Assembly: GCA_036507075.1 (NCBI GenBank) | Contig: DASXQR010000085.1 | Coordinates: 1-33,301 of the forward strand | Source of the DNA: Acidobacteriota bacterium | GTDB taxonomy: Bacteria; Acidobacteriota; UBA6911; JACQSX01 | Reading direction: 5' to 3' | DNA length: 33,301 nt | In this document: one piece after another, positions 26,501 through 33,301 of the stretch | How positions within the stretch are numbered: the stretch's first letter is position 1 | Layout: each line of letters opens with the position of its first letter | Made by a program: the position numbers and the translations under genes | The notes under the pieces: generated by a model | Seen by the model: the letters and a program-made list of their open reading frames with translations, nothing else | Database searches by the model: none | What the model was told of the DNA's origin: nothing

Positions 26501-28545
26501 CTTTGTTCCAGGTCTGCCAGAGCGGCCCGGACCTTTGGAATCACATCCCGATGCGCGGTCGGATTCGCCTTCTGCAGGAATTTTCGGTAATTGACCTTAG
26601 CCGTCTCCAGGTCGCCTGCATTCTGTGCCAGCAATCCGAGATTCATGTACGGTTCGGCCACTTCTGGATTGTATTCTATCGCCTTCTCGAAGTACTTGCG
26701 CGCCAGGTCAGGGTGGCCGCGCTGGATTTCCAGGATCCCCATCAGATTGTGCGCCCCGGCGTGCCGGTTGTTCTGCGCCACGATGGACGACAACACCCGC
26801 TGGGCGTCGTCAAGGCGGCCCAGTTGCAGATAAGCGTTGCCCAGATTCTCCAGCGTCTGGAGATCGGTGGCATTGATCTTGGCCGCCTGCTCCAAGGCAT
26901 CGATTGCACGCGGCAGGTCTCCCATGCGCACGTAAATCCCGCCCATCTCGGCGTGAGTGCGATCGGTGTCGGCCTTGTTCTCAACGGCCTTGCGAAAGAC
27001 CGCAAGCGCGCGGCCAAATTGCTTCACTCGCTGGTAGCAGGTGGCGAGTTGCGCGTACAACAGCGGGTTGGTCGGATCGGCCGGCTGCAGGCGTTCGAAG
27101 ATCAAAGCAGCATCCTCGAAGCGGTCGTGATTCATCAGATCGGCCGCCTGGTCCATCCCCTTCAATACCTCCACGCGATCCTTCGGATCCGGGCCGGACA
27201 TATCGATCCGCAATTCGCGCGGGGAGCCGGCGCTCACGTATCCGAGCGACTGCAGTGCCTGGCGCGTCTGCTCGTCCACCGGGTGGTACTGCAGCTTTGG
27301 CTTCTCGCCGGGTGCGCCGGCAATTTCCCAGATCTTTTTCTGGAGGCGATCCGCATCGGAGGGATAGCGTTTTACCACATTGAGGTTTTCCTGGCGGTCT
27401 GTCCCCAGTCGGTAGAGCTCCGGCTTGGGCGCGATGATCAGCTTCCATTCATCGGTGCGCATGCCGCGCAGTTCCGACCAGCCCAGGTGCGTTTTTGGGT
27501 AGAGCGTTTCCATGTAGCAGTAGTTGCTGCGCACGGGCTGGCCCGACATGATGGCCGGCAGCAGGCTCACGCCCTGCACTTTGTCGCCCGCTTTCAGGCT
27601 GATGTAATCGGCAACCGTGGGCAAAAGGTCAATGGACCGGACCTGCCGGCTTATCACTTTTCCCGCAGGGATGCCCGGACCGGCGGCGATCAGGGGAATG
27701 TGCATCGTGGAATCGTAAAGAAACACCCCGTGCGTATTTTCGCCGTGTTCCCCCAGGCTCTCGCCGTGGTCCGACAGCAGAATGACAAGCGTGCGTTCCT
27801 TCAGATTTTTCTTTTCAATCCAATCCAGCAACCTGCCCGCCTGCTCGTCGGTGTAGGCCACTTCACCGGCATAGGCGTCAGTTGAGTAGCGGGCGCGCCA
27901 GGGCTCCGGAGGATCGTACGGGAAATGCGGATCGTAGTAATGAGCCCACAGAAAGAAGCTTTTCTTTACCGGACTTCGTTCGCTGCGCTGCAGCGCTTCC
28001 TCCAGCCAGCGGAGCGCGCGATCGGTCACGACGTTTGCGTGAATCTCGGCCACCACGCCCGGCAGTCGCTCGGCTTGTTTTTCTTCGTTCATGTCGTCGG
28101 AATAAACATCAAAGCCGCGGTTCAATCCGACATGGTGGGTCAGGACGGCGGAGCCGACGAATGCGGCGGTTTCAAAACCGGCTTGTTTCAGGAGTGTCGC
28201 AAGCGTCGGGATTTTCGGATCCAGGACAAAACCGCCGATATCGCGGATCTGGTGCAACTGCGGATAGCTTCCCGTAAAGATTGACCCGTGCGAAGGCGGA
28301 GTGAGCGGAACCTGGGCAAAAGCGCGCTCGAATCGCGCGCCGCGCGCAGCCAGGGCGTCGATGTGGGGTGTTGAGACCTTCGTGCTGCCGTAGCAGGAAA
28401 CGTGGTCAGCGCGCAGCGTGTCGATGGTGATCAGAAGGACGTTCGGCGGCCGCTTGGATTCAGTGCGTACCGCAGCCTGCGGGGAACAGGAGACAAGCAG
28501 AGCGGCAACTGCGAGAAAGAGCCGGCAGACCGGCCTGTAAACCAT
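26497..28545 (-). CDS. Sulfatase-like hydrolase (alkaline phosphatase superfamily) with C-terminal TPRs, putative lipoprotein
   Basis: NVLLITIDTLRADH, PLTPPSHGSIFTG, HYYDPHFPY, SDHGESLGEHGE and LQSLGYV; TPR tail; lipobox-like LLVSC. Start moved to MVYRP because the longer ORF reads through repeats. Confidence 0.9.
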   Translation of the reverse strand: MVYRPVCRLFLAVAALLVSCSPQAAVRTESKRPPNVLLITIDTLRADHVSCYGSTKVSTPHIDALAARGARFERAFAQVPLTPPSHGSIFTGSYPQLHQIRDIGGFVLDPKIPTLATLLKQAGFETAAFVGSAVLTHHVGLNRGFDVYSDDMNEEKQAERLPGVVAEIHANVVTDRALRWLEEALQRSERSPVKKSFFLWAHYYDPHFPYDPPEPWRARYSTDAYAGEVAYTDEQAGRLLDWIEKKNLKERTLVILLSDHGESLGEHGENTHGVFLYDSTMHIPLIAAGPGIPAGKVISRQVRSIDLLPTVADYISLKAGDKVQGVSLLPAIMSGQPVRSNYCYMETLYPKTHLGWSELRGMRTDEWKLIIAPKPELYRLGTDRQENLNVVKRYPSDADRLQKKIWEIAGAPGEKPKLQYHPVDEQTRQALQSLGYVSAGSPRELRIDMSGPDPKDRVEVLKGMDQAADLMNHDRFEDAALIFERLQPADPTNPLLYAQLATCYQRVKQFGRALAVFRKAVENKADTDRTHAEMGGIYVRMGDLPRAIDALEQAAKINATDLQTLENLGNAYLQLGRLDDAQRVLSSIVAQNNRHAGAHNLMGILEIQRGHPDLARKYFEKAIEYNPEVAEPYMNLGLLAQNAGDLETAKVNYRKFLQKANPTAHRDVIPKVRAALADLEQR

Positions 28546-28553
28546 AAGAGATA

Positions 28554-28748
28554 TTTCACCACAAAGGCACAAAGAGCACAAAGCCTCCTGAAAACGGAAA
28601 ACGGAAAGCGGAAGGCGGAAGGCGGAAAGCAGAAGGCGGAAAGCAGAATTGGAATACGGAATTGGAATTGGGAATTGGAATTGGGAATTGGAATTGGGAA
28701 TTGGAAATGCCGGATAATCCGGAATAGGGAATAAGGGAATATGGGAAT
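28554..28748. repeat. 9-mer half-element followed by heptamer arrays (GAARRCG)n and (GGAATTG)n
   Basis: TTTCACCACAAAGGCACAAAGAGCACAAAG at 28554-28583; arrays at ~28590-28748. Confidence 0.9.
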
Positions 28749-28778
28749 CGGCCACCCACGGTGCAACCTTACGGCGGC

Positions 28779-29458
28779 GAGACCCCGCAGGGATCAAGGA
28801 GAGTAGCCGGCGGCAGAGCGCGCAGCGCGTCGCCGCCGGGTCCGTATCGCCAATTTTGATCGACCCTGAAAGGGTCGCAGAAGATTTTTTCGCAGATTTT
28901 CAAATAGCCCGGTTATGTACCAAAGGAGGGACAAATCCAATGTCACAAACTTTGGTACGGCTTCTGGTTCATTTAGTCTTTTCCACTAAAAATCGTCGCG
29001 ACCTGATCACGCCTGACATCGAACCGGATTTGTTTGCTTACATTTCCGGGATTTTGAAAACTCTTGATTCCGTTTGTTTGGAAATCAATGGGACGGCCAA
29101 TCACATCCATGCCTTGGTGTCACAATCCAAGAACCTGGCGCTCAGTTCTTTGGTGATGGAAATAAAAAAAGGCTCCTCAAAGTGGATCAAGACCCAAGGA
29201 TCGGAATTTAAAAGGTTTGCCTGGCAACAGGGCTATGGAGCCTTCTCAATCGGGGAATCCGGCGTGGGTCGCTTACGGCGGTACATCCAGCTTCAGAAGC
29301 AGAAGCATGAAAAGCACAGCTTCGAGGATGAGTTTATCGGCCTGTTGAAGAAATACAATGTTCCTTATGATCCCAGGTACGTCTGGGATTAGCCGAGTTC
29401 TGCGACCCTTTCAGGGTCGATCAAAATTGGCTACTCTCCTTGACCCCTGCGGGGTCTC
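28779..29458 (+). mobile_element. IS200/RAYT-like element: tnpA between long inverted repeats built from REP hairpins
   Basis: Perfect 34-bp IR at 28849-28882 / 29398-29431 (core CGACCCTGAAAGGGTCG) and 29/30-bp IR at 28779-28808 / 29429-29458. Confidence 0.85.
28940..29392 (+). CDS. tnpA: IS200/IS605-family Y1 (HUH) transposase, REP-associated type
   Basis: HLVFSTKNR, HUH motif NHIH, IKKGSSKW, FAWQQGYGAFS and catalytic YIxxQ; AGGAGG RBS at 28924-28929; no tnpB downstream. Confidence 0.93.
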   Translation: MSQTLVRLLVHLVFSTKNRRDLITPDIEPDLFAYISGILKTLDSVCLEINGTANHIHALVSQSKNLALSSLVMEIKKGSSKWIKTQGSEFKRFAWQQGYGAFSIGESGVGRLRRYIQLQKQKHEKHSFEDEFIGLLKKYNVPYDPRYVWD

Positions 29459-29459
29459 C

Positions 29460-29603
29460 GGAATGGGGAATGCGGAATGGGAAATGCGGAATGGGAAATG
29501 CGGAATAACGGAATTTCGGAATGGGCCAAAACTAATTCCTTACTTCAGAAACTCATGAGCCCTATTCCGCATTCCGCATTCCGCATTCTACATTCCGCAT
29601 TCC
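29460..29603. repeat. Inverted heptamer array (GGAATGS)n ... (ATTCCGC)n
   Basis: Forward arm ~29460-29525, inverted arm ~29563-29603; between convergent genes. Confidence 0.9.
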
Positions 29604-29667
29604 AATCAAACTCTAACTTCGGATTTCCAATCGCGCTCTACACCCCGCACTCCAAGCAGTTTCAGGC

Positions 29668-32600
29668 TCAAAACGTCACCCTCAACCCAAGCTGGATATT
29701 GCGCGGGCCGCCGCATTTTCCAAAGATCCTTCCAAAGCTCCCTGGATCGCTGGCATCTGTCGCCGGATCGCACACACTGATGCGATTGAGGATATTGATC
29801 GCATCCATGCGAAATTCCAGATTCGCCCCTTCGCGGAATCCAAGGGCGGACCGCTTGAGCAGCGACATGTTTTCACTGTGTTGCGCGAACCCGCGCAGAT
29901 CGGGCTGGAGGCGCGGCCCGTTGCCGAGCCGCTTTGGAACTCCGGCATCCGTGAGCGGTGGATTTCCAAACGCCTTCGGATTCAGGTACGGCGTGCCGTT
30001 CACCGTATCAATCGTGGACGGCTTCTTGCCTATGATCTGCTGGTCGCGCGGCAACAGCACATCGGCATAAAGACCCGGATTGAAAAGGGCAGACCCGTCA
30101 AAACCTCCCGCCGAGATGCCGAGCGGGACTCCAGAACTGTAACGATGAATCATACTGACCGTCCAGCCGCCCAAAATACTGCCGGCCAAACCGCCCTTTA
30201 GCCATCGACCTCCCGGACCCCACGGCAGATCGTAGATCCAGGTGAGCTTCAGGTCGTTCGGGATGTTGAAGGCAGTGACCGAATAGTCCGCCTTGCGGTT
30301 GTAGAAATTCTGCCCATAGCCTCCGGCATACGTGCCGTAGCCGATTGCAGAATCTGCATTTCCCAGCGCCTTGGAAAAGGTGTAGGCGGCCAGGAAGCTT
30401 AAGCCATAGCTGCTGCGCTTGATGTAGGTCATCTGCAGCGAATGGTAATTGGAATAGCCGTCGTTGAGGCGATGGGTCGAAATGCCCTGATACTGCGGAA
30501 AGGGCCGCTTGGACTGAGCCACCGATCCCGAAAAGCTTGCATAGGGCTTCTTGATTTCCGGATGATCGTCGATATCATCCAGAAGCTTGTCGCCCAACGA
30601 GAGCCAGACGGGATCGACTTGGTTTAGGCCGTACAGGTAGATGTCCTTCAGCCGGCTCGCCTTGTTCCCGATATAATTCACTTCCATGCGCGTCTGCCAC
30701 GGCAATCCAAACTGGATGCCGAAATTCCAGTTGTGCACCTTCGGGTATTTGTTGGTGTCCGGGCGATAGTAGCCGATGTCGTCGTCGTTCAGCAGTGCGG
30801 GGTCTGGATTGGGCAGCTTCTTGGTGAAAAGCGGATAGGGGTTGTCCCACAAATAGCTGGGATCATCGCGGAAACGGCCGGTCCGCTGATTGATGGGATT
30901 GGATCCATCAAACCCAACGAAGTAGGGGAAGTTGAATCCGTCCTGAAGCGGCGGCGCATAGTTGATTCCGTAGCCTCCGCGGATGACGAAATTCGGATTG
31001 GTTCCGGGACCCCACGCAAAACCGATGCGCGGCCCAAACTCTTTCCAGTAGGTGTCGGTAAACGAATCCCGGCCGGAGCAGCCGCTGCAGTCGCCGAGCA
31101 TTTCAAACGCGCCCGGAAACCCGTTGGCGCCCGGATTCGGCTTGGTCGGATTCAACCCGGACATGCGATGCAGTACTTCGGTCAGCGGAGACGGGATGTC
31201 CCAGCGCAGTCCGAGATTCAGCGTCAGGTTAGGAGTTACCTTCCAGTCATCTTGAACGTAGAAAGCCGTGGTGCGCGAACGGGTACCCGGCGTCAGCAAT
31301 GGAATTCCAAGAGCGGTGCTGCGCACCGCGCCCAGCAGGAAGCTGGCGTAGGCAAATCCGGTCTGCGTGGAAAAGCCCGGCATGTCGGTGTTCTCACTGT
31401 GGAATCTGTAGCTCCCCGCGTTTTGAACTGAGCGCTCATTCAAGTAATACCTGCGGTGCTCGCCCCCAAGTCGAAAGCTGTGGCTGCCGCGGATCCACGT
31501 GAAATCATCTTCGATGATGTTGCTGCCATTGGGCGCGTTTCCCGTGCCGCCATGGCCGAAAGTTGGATACCCGCCGGTTTGCACCGTGCTGAAGCCCTGC
31601 ATCTGAATCACGGGGAACGTATTCTTCCCCACGTTTTGCAGGCCCAGCTCTTTTGTCCAATCAATTCCTGAGAGGAATGAATTTGACTGGTTTGCATTTC
31701 TGAAACGGTTGTAGCCGTAAGCAAAATGATTGAGTTTCGCCGGGCTCAACGTCCAGTCTTCAGCAAATCGGATAATCCATCCCGGCGTGTTTTGTGTCTT
31801 GTCGCCCGCCATAAAAGGCCCTGGGATGGGTCCGGGAAGCTGGGGTGTGCCTCCGCCAAATCGCCGCCGGATGCGCTTGTTGTAAACAAAGCTGCCGGCC
31901 GTTTTATGGTTCTGGCTCAGGACATGGTCCAGTTTGAGGCTATAGTTATCAATGTTCAGGAAGGGACAGCAGGTGCCGATGCGCGGAGTGTTGTTGCGGA
32001 ACTGCAGCAGTGCCGGATCCGGCACGTCATGCTTCAACACGTTCCGCGTGACTGCGCTGAACCTGCCCTGTGGAATGACGTTGCCCACAAAGGGATCGCG
32101 CACCCAGGTCCCATCGGGCAGTTGCCGGGCCGAGAACGGATCGTAGATCTGGCCGAAGCGGACGTCTCTTCCCAGGGGATCTTTGCCAACGATGGTTCCC
32201 GAACGGGGATCTTTAGTGAAATTCGGATCCAGCAGCAGCGAGAAGTCTCCCTTCTTGAAGGCGCCGATGGGCATACTCTGCGTGCCGGTCACGGTCTGAT
32301 CGCTCAAGCGCTCGCCTTCATAGGACCAGAAGAAGTGCGTGCGGTCCTTCAGTATCGGGCCGCCAAAAGTGAATCCGGCATTGTTCTCCCGCGCGCCTGT
32401 CTTTTTTCGGTTGAATCGGTTGTTGTTCCAGGAATTGGCATTGAAGGCGGGCTGCTTGTGAAACCAGAACGCTCCTCCATGAAACTCGTTGCTTCCCCCT
32501 TTTAGACCAAAGTTAACCAGCGCCGTCTGCGTGTTGCCATACTGCGACGAAAGCGCGCCGGTCTGCAGTTTGAATTCGCTCACCGCATCCATGGTGGGGG

Positions 32601-33228
32601 TGAATTCGTTGTTGTTGCCGCCGTTGAGATCAAAGCGCCCGATGGAAATCCCGTCGATCAGGATCTCGTGGCTGTAAGCCTGGCCGCCGTTGATTGTGCC
32701 CAGAAATTCGCCGCCCTGCGTTCCGGGCATGCTGCTGAAAATAAAAGTCTGAAGCTGCCGCGTTCCATCGCCCACGATGATCGGCCAGGTGTGGACTTCC
32801 TTTTCCGTGCTGTTGATGCCGATCTCGGAAGTGTCCTTTTCCAGAAGCGGCGTCTCTGCCGAAACAGTGACCTGCTGGGAAACTTCTCCCACCTCCAGCT
32901 CAAAATCCACGGTCACGGTCTGAGCCACCAGCACGTCGACGTTTTCGCGCAGCGCGGTCTTGAACCCCGGTTGCGACGCGGTCACGCGATACTTGCCTGG
33001 CGGGAGAAACGGGGCACGGTAGACGCCCGAGTCCGTCGTCAGCGCCTTGGTCACATCTCCGGTGTCCTGATTGGTGATGGTGATATCCACGCCTGGCACG
33101 ATGGCTTTCTGAGGATCTTTGACAACTCCGGCAATGGTGCCGCGTCCACTCTGGGCAGCCAGGGGAACGGACAGTGACAGAATTAAAACTGAAAGTGCGA
33201 TGCAGCGATTAAGAGATGAGAATTTCAT
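29668..33228 (-). CDS. TonB-dependent receptor, Oar-like, with carboxypeptidase-regulatory-like N-terminal domain
   Basis: Signal peptide; GTIAGVVKDPQKAIVPG, KGGSNEFHG and YVQDDWKVTPNLTLNLGLRWD; C-terminal PRNIQLGLRVTF. Confidence 0.93.
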   Translation of the reverse strand: MKFSSLNRCIALSVLILSLSVPLAAQSGRGTIAGVVKDPQKAIVPGVDITITNQDTGDVTKALTTDSGVYRAPFLPPGKYRVTASQPGFKTALRENVDVLVAQTVTVDFELEVGEVSQQVTVSAETPLLEKDTSEIGINSTEKEVHTWPIIVGDGTRQLQTFIFSSMPGTQGGEFLGTINGGQAYSHEILIDGISIGRFDLNGGNNNEFTPTMDAVSEFKLQTGALSSQYGNTQTALVNFGLKGGSNEFHGGAFWFHKQPAFNANSWNNNRFNRKKTGARENNAGFTFGGPILKDRTHFFWSYEGERLSDQTVTGTQSMPIGAFKKGDFSLLLDPNFTKDPRSGTIVGKDPLGRDVRFGQIYDPFSARQLPDGTWVRDPFVGNVIPQGRFSAVTRNVLKHDVPDPALLQFRNNTPRIGTCCPFLNIDNYSLKLDHVLSQNHKTAGSFVYNKRIRRRFGGGTPQLPGPIPGPFMAGDKTQNTPGWIIRFAEDWTLSPAKLNHFAYGYNRFRNANQSNSFLSGIDWTKELGLQNVGKNTFPVIQMQGFSTVQTGGYPTFGHGGTGNAPNGSNIIEDDFTWIRGSHSFRLGGEHRRYYLNERSVQNAGSYRFHSENTDMPGFSTQTGFAYASFLLGAVRSTALGIPLLTPGTRSRTTAFYVQDDWKVTPNLTLNLGLRWDIPSPLTEVLHRMSGLNPTKPNPGANGFPGAFEMLGDCSGCSGRDSFTDTYWKEFGPRIGFAWGPGTNPNFVIRGGYGINYAPPLQDGFNFPYFVGFDGSNPINQRTGRFRDDPSYLWDNPYPLFTKKLPNPDPALLNDDDIGYYRPDTNKYPKVHNWNFGIQFGLPWQTRMEVNYIGNKASRLKDIYLYGLNQVDPVWLSLGDKLLDDIDDHPEIKKPYASFSGSVAQSKRPFPQYQGISTHRLNDGYSNYHSLQMTYIKRSSYGLSFLAAYTFSKALGNADSAIGYGTYAGGYGQNFYNRKADYSVTAFNIPNDLKLTWIYDLPWGPGGRWLKGGLAGSILGGWTVSMIHRYSSGVPLGISAGGFDGSALFNPGLYADVLLPRDQQIIGKKPSTIDTVNGTPYLNPKAFGNPPLTDAGVPKRLGNGPRLQPDLRGFAQHSENMSLLKRSALGFREGANLEFRMDAINILNRISVCDPATDASDPGSFGRIFGKCGGPRNIQLGLRVTF

Positions 33229-33301
33229 GGGGATACCTTCCTCTCCAGCGGTGTCTCCAGATTTGGTTTTTCCAGAAAACAGCGTGCAAAAAGGCCGTGC
33301 C

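Noticed and set aside
26392..27885. 497-aa plus-strand ORF
   Set aside because: Antisense shadow of the sulfatase-TPR gene in GC-rich DNA, with no recognisable motifs. The same applies to 18567-19736 and 12195-13220.
28546..28797. 84-aa N-terminal extension of the sulfatase ORF
   Set aside because: Low-complexity translation of heptamer arrays; the lipoprotein-type signal begins at 28545. Extensions at 13236-13349 and 28856-28939 were rejected likewise.
3853..29458. G-U-compatible mismatches in stems as proof of RNA-level selection
   Set aside because: Any transition yields a G-T pair on one strand, and the favoured strand is not consistently the transcribed one; the sample is too small.
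29393..29667. tnpB/IscB or omega-RNA partner of the transposase
   Set aside because: No RuvC-type ORF follows tnpA; the space holds only the right IR and a heptamer array.

Overview
GC-rich bacterial window, probably Acidobacteriota. This is inferred from two Oar-like TonB-dependent receptors with N-terminal carboxypeptidase-regulatory-like domains, an SBBP-repeat protein, a sulfatase-TPR fusion and Tat-exported sugar enzymes. It holds 19 supportable CDSs. Most are metabolic, envelope or signalling genes: GH116, M14 peptidase, serine hydrolase, GGCT, esterase, TIM-barrel isomerase, DegT aminotransferase, FHA-GAF-PP2C phosphatase, hybrid kinase and TPR proteins. There is also a tandem pair of uncharacterised PD-(D/E)XK-like paralogs and one stand-alone HUH/Y1 transposase (IS200/RAYT-like) inside long inverted repeats. 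The most striking feature is non-coding. Almost every intergenic space holds palindromic elements from roughly ten sequence families: 7-, 8- and 9-mer inverted tandem arrays, REP-like hairpins, MITE-like foldbacks, and a ~250-280 bp foldback present twice with a compensatory base-pair change. By my count 16 of 19 stop codons have such an element within 10 bp or overlapping them, and one element is read as the N-terminus of a protein. No rRNA, tRNA or CRISPR array was seen. All calls come from reading motifs by eye; no searches were run.
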